This document shows, one piece after another, positions 1-14,496 of a stretch of 64,000 nt of DNA. The notes under the pieces were generated by a model, which made no database searches, was not told where the DNA came from, and saw only the letters and a list, made by a program, of their open reading frames with translations. Position 1 is the stretch's first letter. Every line of letters starts with the position of its first letter. Both the position numbers and the translations under genes were made by a program. Origin of the DNA: Macrostomum lignano (lineage: Eukaryota); NCBI GenBank assembly GCA_002269645.1, contig NIVC01000059.1, forward strand, positions 1,364,001 through 1,428,000, given 5' to 3'.

Positions 1-1440
1 CTTCTCAAAGTAGATGCCCACGCAGATTATAGCTGGCAGATAGATCAGACTCATGCCGGAGCCTGAAATGATCAATGATACAATTAGGCTTCTCTGTTTT
101 TCTCTTGCGCTCAATTCTGACTATAAAAAGCTGCATAGAGAGTTCTACCTAAGTGCTCTCTAAGTTCTTCATCAAAATCTTCCATCTAAATCCGGCCGCA
201 ACCTCATGCAGTCCTACTCAGCTGTAACTCGTAACCCGAGGGAGACTGCTTGCCTAATCTCTTTGCGAGAGAGCTCTGGGATCTTACAGGGGTCTGGCTA
301 AATCCCGTTCCGCACGCGACAGCACTGTGGACTGTATGTTTTCAAGAAATGAAGAATCGCAGCAAAGAAGCAAAGCATTGCTCTCTGAGGAACTGCAGGC
401 GGGATTTCTTTCCTCTTCGACAACATCAAAGAAGATTTCTATAAGGACCTTCGTCTCGTTACATTATGTATGATACTAATTCCAATTGCATCGATAGGTA
501 ATTTGTATTTCATAAAAACGATCGACTAACTGAAGATCAAAGAACGACTTTTTACGCAAGTTCGTGACAGAGGACTCGCTATGTACTTCAAAGTTTGATT
601 GATCAGACCATCGAAAAAAGAGAATGGCGAAGAGGCAAAAAATAATACTATAATTCTATAGCTTTGAAATGTATAGCTAGATAGGGAACTATATAGGGGA
701 TATACATCTAGAGCGTTGGGACATATGGAGACAGAACAATGTACACTCTGGAGATAAGAGGGGCAGATAAGAATGTACATTCGGGAGATAAGAGGGGCAG
801 ATAAGAATGTACATTCGAGAGATAAGAGGGGCAGATAAGAATGTACATTCGGGATATAAGAGAGGCAGATAAGAATGTAAATTCGGGAGATAAGAGGGGC
901 AGATAAGAATGTACATTCGGGAGATAAGAGGGGCAGATAAGAATGTACATTCGGGAGATAAGAGGGGCAGATAAGAATGTACATTCGAGAGATAAGAGGG
1001 GCAGATAAGAATACACATTCGGGAAATAAGAGGGGCAGATAAGAATGTACACTCTGGAGTGAGAAAGGCACTTTACCCACACTCACCAACCAAGCAGCCA
1101 ACGGTGATAACCAGAGGCCAGGCCGTCTCTACAAAATAGGAAGCCGCGAAACCGAACGCCCCAATGACGGAGCCGGCCAGCGCCGCCACCCGATAGCCGA
1201 ACCGAGCGCTGACGGCGCCAGCCACCGGGCCGCCTGCCAGAGTGACGCCAACCAGGGTGGAGGCGATCCAGCCGTTCAGCTGGCGGGTGGAGCCCAGCTC
1301 CTGCACCAGGTCGGCTGCCAGCACGCCGAAAGCGTAGCTGATGCCGTCGATGATCACGTGCAGCATGAAGCTGCTAAGCACCACCATCCAGCCCCAGCCG
1401 CCGTCAAGCTGCATCTTAGGTTTTAATGGCCTCAGCTGCC
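1..1440 (-). CDS. SLC16: SLC16/monocarboxylate transporter (MFS) gene, 5' part; exons ~1440(or ATG 1414)-1087 and 62-<1, continuing beyond the window
   Basis: Translation LDGGWGWMVVLSSFMLHVIIDGISYAFGV is the MCT TM1 signature. Donor GTTG|gtgagt at 1087/1086. Next exon after catttcag| at 62 reads (G)SGMSLIYLPAIICVGIYFEK (MCT TM4-5) in matching phase 1. The true 5' boundary is uncertain. Confidence 0.85.
751..1058. repeat. 34-bp minisatellite (GAGATAAGAGGGGCAGATAAGAATGTACATTCGG), ~9 copies, in MCT intron
   Basis: Period 34 read directly (units start at 751, 785...). Confidence 0.9.
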
Positions 1441-1493
1441 CTGCGCGAATCAATTGGGTCTTTTGGAGTCTTTCTGCCTGTCTTGCTGTCTTG

Positions 1494-2337
<844 letters not shown>

Positions 2338-3078
2338 TCGTCAATGTCTTCCTGTCTGTTTAGTTGTCAATAGTTAATTACTTACCGCCTTGATCGAAGA
2401 CAACTTTGTTGTCAACTCTGGGACCTCAAATATTCGAGTCAGCACTACTTTCCTATGTTGGTTCAGCCAGTTCGCCCAGTTTAACTTCCGGTAAATATGC
2501 CGAGGAAAAAAAAGTCCAGCAGAAACTTCTCAACCTAGAAATCAACAGCACAATATTATTTGAACTATAGCCTACAAATACACCCTGCTAGTAATGGGCC
2601 AAGAAGGCAAGAAAGATGACGCGATAGAACGTGCGCTGGCGATTCCGCACCCCCTTTTTAAACAGATATCAGTAGCCCAGATTCTATTGGCTCCCGCAGG
2701 AGAGGTTCCCAAGGGCTGTCCATCCTGCGCCCTCATGCTAATTCTCTCTCCCTCCCATTTCTCCGTGCCTTCCCCTGTCTCTCTGAAAATGCGCCCGCGA
2801 TTTTGCACGCATCGGTTGCCTATCTGGATGCCCTGCCGCTGTACTCTGCCCGCTGCTCCGCTGCTGTACTCTGCCCTGCCCTCTCCTCTCCTCTTCTATA
2901 CTCCTGTTCAGCAAAGTCAAGCTGATTTGGTAAGTGCGCGGCCTAGCTCGAAAACCGCTTGGATACCTAGACTTCTAATGCCTACCATATACACTCTCTA
3001 TGTCTACTTCAGTGTAGTTAATGTCTACTACAAGTCTTTCTGACTGATTTCTAACCGTTAGCGAATCCTGACTCTATC

Positions 3079-3096
3079 TATATAGAGATAGACACA

Positions 3097-3127
<31 letters not shown>

Positions 3128-3151
3128 TCTCTCTCTCCCTCTCTCTCTCTT

Positions 3152-3235
<84 letters not shown>

Positions 3236-3262
3236 CTTCTCTCTCTCTCCCTCTCTCTCTCC
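3079..3262. repeat. (CT)n microsatellite abutting the 5'-truncated end of the Penelope-like element
   Basis: Direct reading. Confidence 0.95.
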
Positions 3263-3263
3263 C

Positions 3264-5075
3264 TCCTTCACCATGGACGTCGCCAGCCTGTACACCAACA
3301 TCTCGACGGAAGCCGGCCTCGAGTGCGTGCGGAGAGCATTCAGGGAGCACCCGGACAACCAGCGCCCGGATGCCAACCTCCTCAGTCTGTTCAAACTGAA
3401 CCTGGAGCGCAACGACTTCGGGTTTAATGGCAGCTACTTCCTGCAGGTCAAAGGCACGGCCATGGGAAAGTCGTTGGGCCCAGATACAGCAACATCTACA
3501 TGGGCTACTGGGAGCAGCACGGCCTGGCGGTCAGCCCGCAGAAACCCGCTCTGTGGCTCCGCTACATTGATGATATCTTCGGCGTGTGGCGCGGGACGGA
3601 AGACGAACTGATCCGCTTCCACGGACTCCTTGATGACCTTGACCCGAATATTAGGCTGCAACTCAACTACAGCAGCACGGAGGTGGCCTGGGTCTTCTGG
3701 GTCCGCGAGGGTTACGTTAAGCGCCTGGCAACCAAGGTGTATTTCAAGCCGACCGACAGCCGAACGCTCATTCACCGCGACTCTTTCCACCCGAAGCGGA
3801 CGTTCCGGGGCGTGGTGAAGTCCCAGCTCCTCAGATACGCCCGGCGGTGCTCCCGGATGGCCGATTTCGACGCAGCGTGGACCGGGCTATTTTCAAGTCT
3901 GGTGTAACACCAGGGCTACAATTGGCGGTTCCTGCGCACGATTAAGTACGAGATGCTGACGGAGCTGGGCTTCTACCCGACGAGACGGTGGGAGTTCGGC
4001 TTTCTGCCGTGCAACCCGACCCGGCTCTGCAAGTACTGCCAGGCGCACGCCAGGTTCACCTCCGTCTGCCCCGGAGCAGCAGCCACGACAGTCCAGCTCA
4101 TCATCAGTCAGCGGATCGAATGCAATGCCAACAACGCCGTCTATGCCGTGTTCTGCCGCCGGTGCGACCACACGGTCTACGTCAGCGAGACCATCAACAG
4201 CATCCGTGGTCGCATGCTGGCGCACATCGGCGACATCCGGCACACCCGCGACACTCCGGTGGCGCGCCACTTCATCAGCGGTGGCCACAGTCTGGCGGAC
4301 TTCGCCTTCACTGGCATCTGGACACGCGATGGCACAGGACCCAGAGCTGATGAGCGGCGTCAGCGTCAGGAGGCCAAGTTCATCGAGGTCCTGAGGACTC
4401 GTGTTTCACACGGCGCCAACGAACTTGCCGGCGTACTGCACAACCCGGCCATCCCGCTGATCCTGCCCCACTGTGCGACCTCCGACGCCCTGGCTGCCAA
4501 GGTGAAGGACAGAGTGACACGGCACTGCGAGACCCCGGTGCTGCCCGCCTACACCAAGGGAAGAAGCCTCCGCACCCTGCTCTGTCATAGTCGGCTCGAT
4601 CCTGCCAACTGGGTCCTTTTTGACGCCTGTACAGAGGCTCTTTTACTGTTTTTTCCCCTCTGCTATTTTTTATTGGCTTTATTTTGATCTATTTTGATTT
4701 ATTTTTTCTCTGCTTTTTTATTAAAAGTTTTTCTGACACTGTACGGTGCACCCGCATTTTTTGCTCTGAGCATTTAATTACTTTTTATTTACCTTGTCTA
4801 TTTATTTTGCCATTTATTTTTACGATTTTTATCCTACACTTTAAGGTCGTTTAGGCCCACTTGTACAGTTTTAGCCACCCCCCGCTTTTCTCAGAGTCTC
4901 AGACTCGTTTTAATGTATTGGCCTTGCGTACTGTTTTAAGTGCTTGAGCACACCCATTTATCGATCGTCTCTCCCTGGCGATATCGCCTTTATATATTGA
5001 CGGCAATTCGCGCCAAATAAACTTTACTCGCTTACAGCCCTGACGAAGAATTTACCCAATTCGAAATATCGGCAA
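3264..5075 (+). mobile_element. Penelope-like retroelement (PLE-1), 5'-truncated and disrupted: RT core + GIY-YIG endonuclease + T-rich 3' UTR + terminal hammerhead
   Basis: RT motifs MDVASLYTNI, YFLQVKGTAMG, LWLRYIDDIF and KPTDSRTLIHRDSFHP...KSQLLRY. EN region CKYC...CNANNAVYAVFCRRC..VYVSET...RMLAH...EAKFIEVL. Frameshift near 3480 and in-frame TAA at 3905-3907. TATATA (~4991) and AATAAA (5016-5021) precede the CTGACGA...GAAA motif. Confidence 0.92.
5037..5073 (+). ncRNA. Minimal type I hammerhead ribozyme motif at the PLE 3' end
   Basis: GCC-CUGACGA-A-GAAUU(UACCC)AAUUC-GAAA-UA-UC-GGC: core CUGANGA and GAAA, 5-bp stem II, 3-bp stem I (GCC/GGC), palindromic AUAU in place of stem III, cleavage predicted after C5070. 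Confidence 0.75.
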
Positions 5076-5501
5076 TCCAACTACACTCAGCAACAGTCAA
5101 AAGTCCACCCTCCAAGCGAGCAAAACTTTTCTCACTTTGCGAGTGGCGCAGCTTACGCCACGCGCAAAGCTTATTGCCACTTGGGGTTGTCCAGGATGAC
5201 AACGCGCCGCCACACCGAGCCGATGCTGTCAGTCAGCATCGCAATTCTAACTCCATATTGCATAAAAAACTGTTGATTTTGTGCGGCTGACGTTATTATC
5301 GATTCTATCAACTTTTCCTTCCTCGCGGCGGCTTAGTTGCGTAACTTGATGGTTGAATTGTGAATGAGAAGTTGTCGCAATAATTTAGAAAATTTTCATC
5401 TCGCTTGGCGGGTGGAACTTTTGACTGTTGCTGAGTGTAAATTGACTTTGTTCAGTCCTTTCTACCGCTGCCGTGTCAGTGCCTGAGATTGGAGGTGCCC
5501 T

Positions 5502-5602
5502 CCTCTCTCTCTCTCCCTCTCTCTTCTCTCTCTCTCTCTCTCTCTCTCCCTCTCTCTTTATTTCTCTCTCTCTCTTTCTCTCTCTCTCCCTCTCTCTTTC
5601 TT

Positions 5603-5646
<44 letters not shown>

Positions 5647-5716
5647 TCTCTCACCCTCCCTCTCTCTCTTTCTTTCTCTCTCTCTCTCCCTCCCTCTCTC
5701 TCTTTCTCTCTCTCCA
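5502..5716. repeat. (CT)n microsatellite
   Basis: Direct reading. Confidence 0.95.
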
Positions 5717-6203
5717 TCTCCACTGTACATTCTGACGTGTCGCACAGATCTTCATATTGAGCCTACTTCAGCCAACACCCCTCTAACTCCACAGAGCTTT
5801 TTGATGGACGATTACGTCATCCATGGCTATTCAGGGAAGCAGTTAGCAAGAAGCTAACATTTTCAATGTACATATGAACACCGCGAACCCGAGCTAGCCT
5901 CCATACCGAAGCCAACCTTCACCTTCATTGACACCAAACCCTTGTCTCGTATTTGTTAATTCAAAGCGTCTCCTTCTTTAGAACGAACTAAAGCATTCGT
6001 TAGAAAGTTTCGGCCTACTTGTCAATAAGAGAGTAGTGGATTAAATCAGTTGTACACCTGCTCCTATTTAAGTGCGTGTTGCTTTTGCAATAGAAACAGC
6101 GACAGCGAAATTTACCATTTCAAAACAATAAGCAGTAAGTATCGCTATGATTACTTAGAGTAGAAAAAATCGGCTGTGCAGATATTAGTCCCTTCCCTAT
6201 CTA

Positions 6204-6594
<391 letters not shown>

Positions 6595-7021
6595 CTTCAG
6601 TTTGCTCAAGCTACAATGCGGAGAGAAAACAGCACCAAAACGGAGAGCAGACTGCCACAAGCTGCAAGCACCGCACACGGCTTTTGCTCCTGCCTAATTC
6701 ACTTTGACTGGACAAATATTTGTCTTGAGCTGGTCTTCTCCAGCTTTCTCATGACTAAGAAACAAAGCCTCAGAGTTCATTGCGGTTCTTTTGTGAGGTC
6801 TCATCACTTATTGAACTTAATTGTGTTGAGCAGTTGGTCCGATCGCCCTACGAAGTATGACAACACATGGCTTAAACTGTGTTCAATGGGTCGGCTGCAG
6901 TGAAATTTGAGCAGACAAACAATGCCTGTCTTCAATCTGTGTTGTGCAGAATTTGTCTGTCAAAAGGCTGATAACTAAAAAACTGCTAGTAAGAAATTTT
7001 ATGAGTGATTTCACGGAGAAG

Positions 7022-7720
7022 GAAACTCTCTAATGGAGAATTCTTACAGTACGTGAGGGAGATTATCTAATGGGGAATTCTCACACTGAGGAAGATTCTC
7101 TAATGGGGAATGCTCACGCAGGGAGATTCTCTAATGGGAAATTCTTGCAGTAAGGATATTCTCTAATGAAGAATTCTCACGCAGAGGGAGATTCTCTAAT
7201 GGGGAGTTCTTAGACTGAGGGAGATTCTCTAATGGGGAATTCTTGTAGAGTAGATTCTCAAATGGGGAATTCTTGTAGAGTAGATTCTCTAATGGGGAAT
7301 TCTCGTAGAGAGGGAGATTCTCTAATGGGGAATTCTTACACTGAGGGAGATTCTCTAATGGGGAATTCTCACGCAGAGGGAGATTCTCTAATGCGGAATG
7401 CTTACGCAGGGAGATTCTCTAATGGGAAATTCTTGCAGTGAGGATATTCTCTAATGAAGAATTCTCACGCAGAGGGAGATTCTCTAATGGGGAGTTCTTA
7501 GACCGAGGGAGATTCTCTAATGGGGAATTCTCGTAGAGAGGGAGATTCTCTAATGGGGAATTCTTACACTGAGGGAGATTCTCTAATGGGGAATTCTCAC
7601 GCAGAGGGAGATTCTCTAATGGGGAATTCTTACACTGAGGGAGATTCTCTAATGGGGAATTTTTGCAGAGATAGTGAGACTCTCTAATGGGGAATTCTTG
7701 CAGAGAGTGAGATTCTCTAA
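7022..7720. repeat. ~33-bp minisatellite (GAGGGAGATTCTCTAATGGGGAATTCTCACGCA variants)
   Basis: Recurrent GATTCTCTAATGGGGAATTC core at a 29-33 bp period. Confidence 0.9.
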
Positions 7721-8069
7721 TTGCTTTTTTTCCAAGTTGTTTACAATCTATGAGAGAGCAGCTGTATCAAGCATTTTAAATTTTAGACCCGCATAAAGCC
7801 TTAAGAACCAATTGAATTAAACTCCTATTCGCGTGCTTTTTACATAAACATGACGGCCCAGCAGTTAGCAGTTGTTCATGATCTCCTTCTTTTGCTATTG
7901 GCCAAGCTGAAAGACAGTTTTGCTACAAATCAATAATTGGGTTCGCGGGAGTGTTACAGTTAGAGAGATGAAATGTCTGGAAGCTGGTTCATTCTTCATC
8001 ATTGTCTTTATCCCTTCTTTTCTCCGTTTCTCCCGTGACTACCTCATTCATTTTATCTCTTGCTCCAAC

Positions 8070-9400
8070 TCCCTCCTTTACCCGTTACCCTCTCTCCCCC
8101 ACCCGTTACCCTCTCTCCCCCACCCGTTACCCTCTCTCCCCTACCCGTTACCCTCTCTCCCCCACCGTTACCCTCTCTCCCCTACCCGTTACCCTCTCTC
8201 CCTTACCCGTTACCCTCTCTCCCCCACCCGTTACCCTCTCTCCCCCACCCGTTACCCTCTCTCCCCTACCCGTTACCCTCTCTCCCTTACCTGTTACCCT
8301 CTCTCCCCCACCCGTTACCCTCTCTCCCCCACCGTTACCCTCTCTCCCTTACCCCTTACCCTCTCTCCCTTACCTGTTACCCTCTCTCCCCCACCCGTTA
8401 CCCTCTCTCCCCCACCCGTTACCCTCTCTCCCCCACCCGTTACCCTCTCTTCCTTACCCGTTACCCTCTCTCCCCCACCCGTTACCCTCTCTTCCTTACC
8501 CGTTACCCTCTCTCCCCCACCTGTTACCCTCTCTCCCCCACCCGTTACCCTCTCTTCCTTACCCGTTACCCTCTCTCCCCCACCCGTTACCCTCTCTTCC
8601 TTACCCGTTACCCTCTCTCCCCCACCTGTTACCCTCTCTCCCCCACCCGTTACCCTCTCTTCCTTACCTGTTACCCTCTCTCCCCACCCGTTACCCTCTC
8701 TCCCCCACCCGTTACCCTCTCTCCCCCACCCGTTACCCTCTCTCCCCCACCCGTTACCCTCTCTCCCCCACCCGTTACCCTCTCTCCCCCACCCGTTACC
8801 CTCTCTCCCCCACCCGTTACCCTCTCTCCCCCACCCGTTACCCTCTCTCCCCCACCCGTTACCCTCTCTCCCCCACCCGTTACCCTCTCTTCCTTACCCG
8901 TTACCCTCTCTCCCCCACCTGTTACCCTCTCTCCCCCACCCGTTACCCTCTCTTCCTTACCCGTTACCCTCTCTCCCCCACCTGTTACCCTCTCTCCCCC
9001 ACCCGTTACCCTCTCTTCCTTACCTGTTACCCTCTCTCCCCCACCCGTTACCCTCTCTCCCCCACCCGTTACCCTCTCTCCCCCACCCGTTACCCTCTCT
9101 CCCTTACCTGTTACCCTCTCTCCCCCACCCGTTACCCTCTCTCCCCCACCCGTTACCCTCTCTCCCCCACCCGTTACCCTCTCTTCCTTACCCGTTACCC
9201 TCTCTCCCCCACCCGTTACCCTCTCTTCCTTACCCGTTACCCTCTCTCCCCCACCTGTTACCCTCTCTCCCCACCTGTTACCCTCTCTCCCCCACCCGTT
9301 ACCCTCTCTTCCTTACCCGTTACCCTCTCTCCCCCACCCGTTACCCTCTCTTCCTTACCCGTTACCCTCTCTTTATCCTCCTCGTTACCCTCCTCTCCTT
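8070..9400. repeat. 21-bp C-rich minisatellite (CCCGTTACCCTCTCTCCCCCA), ~60 copies
   Basis: Direct reading; the three overlapping 465-533 aa ORFs are 7-aa repeats of this unit. Confidence 0.95.
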
Positions 9401-10259
9401 CATTCCAGTTACCCTCTACCCCTCCCCCTGTTACACTCTTCGCCCTTCGCTAGATAACTTTTTTTTATTTAAAATTTTCCTGTTTAGTCGTCCCAAAGCC
9501 GCTAAATCCCCGCTTAAATAACATGAAATGTCATACAGAACTGCAACTATCGCTTAGTTTTCGAGTGGTCCATGTTAACCAATTGTTGTTACAGTTATTC
9601 TTCTTTAAAGCAAATAATATTTGCTGGAGCTAGACTTTTAAAGCCATTTGACTTTCCAATCGTCAGGCATGTACACTCTCTGCATGTACAGGTAATCTTG
9701 AGCTTATACGTTTTTCACGTTGTGAAGTGAACTATATAGAAAGGATAATAAGTGGTTTAAACCACTAATCTAACAATGGTTTCTGTTGGAGGAATTGTTA
9801 CTTTAACGTCTTCCTGACGGACAGGGCGGACGGAGATCAAACATTCCCGATCGATCTGGAAAATTGGTTTTTTTCTGGTGGGGATTTTTTCTACATCATA
9901 AAAACTTACCGACGATGCATACCGCCCGCATGGGGCGAGTTGAAGTGAAGGATCGTTGCCTACATTATGATGCTCCTATTGCGCATTTTTCTGGTTGCTC
10001 TCTGCTACCCCCCCGTCTTCTCCCGTGTCTGGGCGATGCAGTTTTCAGAATTTCAACTGCTTTTTCCTAGAGGCTAAGAGGCTCGCGTCCGAGCGCAATG
10101 ACTGAGCGCCGGTCTGCATTGCGGCCATTGAGAAATATAGAATTAGGGGGAAGTTGAAGAACTTCTGCGCAGTTTGATGGCGCCTAGAAGCTGGGGAGAA
10201 ATGAAACAGGATGGAAGGAAAAAGTTTTACGAAAATGCTAAAATTCACGCAGAACTCAC

Positions 10260-11322
<1,063 letters not shown>

Positions 11323-12049
11323 GGCAGGGCAGTGGCAATAGTCAGCCATATATCATATACCCAAGTCAGGCGCATCTCATGTCAAAATCATAACGTGCTT
11401 GCACCGAGCGCTCCAAAACAAATCAATCAATTTTTAGCGATTTTATTGTTATGGCTATGCGAGCTTTTGCTATCTACAAGCCATCTCCACAAAACTATTT
11501 GCCTGGACTGAGCCACCCTCTCACGGGCCAAGCTGAGTGACAGGCGTGACGCTGTGCCTCGCAAACCCCATTTTCACCCATTCTCCCCGCAGCTCCGCTC
11601 ACTCAAACCCCCCCCCCAATCCTAGTTCAATATTGTGCAATCAAACTCAAACAAGACTTCAATGTTGAAGCGAAATTGTTGGAGAATAGCGGAGCTGGCT
11701 AAAGCAAGGCTGAATTGAGTAGACTCGCCTTCTGGTTTGTTTGTCTTGCTTAAGCAGAAGAGTGAAGTAGAGACAGAAATAGCTCAAACCCTGCCAAGGT
11801 GCTTGCGGTGCTAGAAAATACTGGCTTTTGTACTGCGCTTCTTGGACAGTAGGTCTTTTAAGTCTTTTAACAGTAGGCTATAGTAGGGCAATATCCTGTC
11901 CTTGTGTGGGGTGAAACTGGGGTCGGCCACATACAGAGGGCCCGCGAAGCCACCTTATCCGGCCCTCGGGTCCTTTGAAACTTCACAATATCAACCCGGC
12001 CCGCTCAAGGTTTTCGTCTTGTCTCATTCTCAGATGTCTTGCCTCGAAT

Positions 12050-12417
12050 CTCCTCTCCTCTCTCCTCTCCTCTCCTCTCCTCTCCTCTCCTCTCCTCTCC
12101 TCTTCTCTCCACTCCACTCCTCTCCTCTCCTCTCCTCTCCTCTCCTCTCCTCTCCTCTCCTCTCCTCTCCTCTCCTCTCCTCTCCTCTCCTCTCCTCTCC
12201 TCTCTCTCCTCTCCTCTCCTCTCCTCTCCTCTCCTCTCCTCTCCTCTCCTCTCCTCTCCTCTCCTCTCCTCTCCTCTCCTCTCCTCTCCTCTCCTCTCCT
12301 CTCCTCTCCTCTCCTCTCCTCTCCTCTCCTCTCCTCTCCTCTCCTCTCCTCTCCTCTCCTCTCCTCTCCTCTCCTCTCCTCTCCTCTCCTCTCCTCTCCT
12401 CTCCTCTCCTCTCCTCT
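12050..12417. repeat. (CTCCT)n pentanucleotide repeat
   Basis: Direct reading. Confidence 0.97.
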
Positions 12418-13032
12418 AAAAAATCGCCAACCCTTGGTTTCAAAGCCAACTATTTCACAACTGGACGATTTCTCCGCTTAACCATTTCATTATAGATTCG
12501 AGTTTTTAGTCATCGTCCCAACAGTGGCCAATCAGGGCACGAGAAGAGCGAGAAGGAGGAGGGGAGAGGGAGGGTGTCTGCAGTAGGCAGAAGTGAGGCA
12601 ATCTTATGCATGCTTTTATAAGCCCGCTTCTCTCCTTCAGGTAAAGGTATATGTTCCATTTTAAAGCGCCTGCATTGAGAACCCTACTCACGTTTGAATA
12701 GCGAAAGGTGAAGTATATAGCAGCACAAGGTTGGACCAAGTCATCAATTACAGCGTGAGGCAAGATTTTGGCATAGCTGATGTCGATAACTAATCTACAC
12801 AATTTCAATATTTCTGCTGCCAGATCTATTGCTCAAGTAGCCGGTGAACTCTTGGATCGAACGATGGGGAGTTTTTGTTAAAACACCCGACGTTCCGATT
12901 GCAATTCTGAGGCTGCTTGGTTAATAAATTTGATTGAAATTGCTACAGCAGTGAAAACTTTTCTGTTGTTTTATCAGCTCTGTCAGATCTTACCGCAGGC
13001 TGGTCCACGGCTCGGCTGTTTGAGATACAAAC

Positions 13033-13510
13033 TAGCCCTGTGTCATTAGCCCTGTGTCATTAGCCCTGTGTCATTAGCCCTGTGTCATTAGCCCTGTGTC
13101 ATTAGCCCAGTGTCATTAGCCCAGTGTCATTAGCCCTGTGTCATTAGCCCTGTGTCATTAGCCCTGTGTCATTAGCCCTGTGTCATTAGCCCTGTGTCAT
13201 TAGCCCTGTGTCATTAGCCCTGTGTCATTAGCCCTGTGTCATTAGCCCAGTGTCATTAGCCCTGTGTCATTAGCCCTGTGTCATTAGCCCTGTGTCATTA
13301 GCCCTGTATCATTAGCCCTGTGTCATTAGCCCTGTGTCATTAGCCCTGTGTCATTAGCCCTGTGTCATTAGCCCTGTGTCATTAGCCCTGTGTCATTAGC
13401 CCTGTGTCATTAGCCCTGTGTCATTAGCCCTGTGTCATTAGCCCTGTGTCATTAGCCCTGTGTCATTAGCCCTGTGTCATTAGCCCTGTGTCATTAGCCC
13501 TTAGCCCTGT
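13033..13510. repeat. 14-bp minisatellite (TAGCCCTGTGTCAT), ~34 highly homogeneous copies
   Basis: Direct reading. Confidence 0.95.
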
Positions 13511-14496
13511 GTAATCTGCACTCTATAATGACTATTCTCCATCAGTTTTTTTTGCGCATTTTATCTTAAAATTCAACACAATTTTCATTCCGTACAATAT
13601 ATCGTCATAATTTTTTGAGCACTAAAGCAGTGCGCAGGAAATCCATATGCTGCTACAAAATCCTTTTCACGCCAATATTTCTGTAGCAAAAGCAATTCTC
13701 TGGAGAAACAGAATAACCATTTTATAGTAAGTATGTCCAAGGTTGGAGCAAGAGTTTCACACCTGAGCACTCACCCACAACTCACTCTTCCAACCTCCAA
13801 CCCCGCCCGCCCCCAAGAAATTACAGCGCTGTACAATGCAAAAGAATGGTAGAAGGCGTTAAGTTTCACACCTTCATGGGCTGGTAGAGGGTTTACTTGC
13901 CAACACGCTATGCGAGGCTATGAAACTGCAGCCTCATGCCTGAGCTGTGTAGCAAAGAATAAAGAAACCCAGCATCAATGCTTCTTGGCGAAAACAGAGC
14001 CTATAGCTTGGGAAAGAAATTCAGCAACTTTTTATTGCAACTGCAAGCTGCCAGTCTCCAGACAGGGCAGTGTACTCTCCCAGCCTCCTTCCCTCCTGGC
14101 TTCATCTTAGCTTTTGTCTCTCGCTAAATTTTAGAGCCCCTCAGCCAGCCAGCCATCGAATGTACAGGCTGTGATGAGGATATTTGTCTTTCTGGGGGAG
14201 GGGAGCTCAGAGCTTCCAAGCTGGCCAGGCTGTTCTTCTCCGCTTTGGGAATAAAACTGCCTGCACTTTCTGCAGCTGATCCCACTGGGAAAGGGTACAT
14301 CGAAACGACATCAAGATATCGATTTCATGTCGCTTTTTTATAATGAAAATGGGACCGAAAAAAAGATTAATTATTGCATATGGGCAATTTCTTAGGGGGG
14401 AGGAGTTACATTTTAACTACAGGTAAATGCCTACATCTGCTACCATTCTAGCCTATTGCCTCACAATTGTCAATTTGAATCGGATGATGTTGATAA

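Noticed and set aside
3905-3907. In-frame stop in PLE-1 as possible selenocysteine recoding (known in some Naiad PLEs)
   Set aside because: The codon is TAA, not TGA, and a nearby frameshift shows the copy is simply decayed.
8070-9400. Interstitial telomeric repeat (TTACCC and GGGGTT motifs here and at 18952-19560)
   Set aside because: Motifs are embedded in longer units and are not tandem TTAGGG.
13033-13510. CRISPR-like appearance of 14-42-bp direct repeat arrays here and elsewhere
   Set aside because: Units are head-to-tail without unique spacers, there are no cas genes, and the context is a spliced eukaryotic genome.
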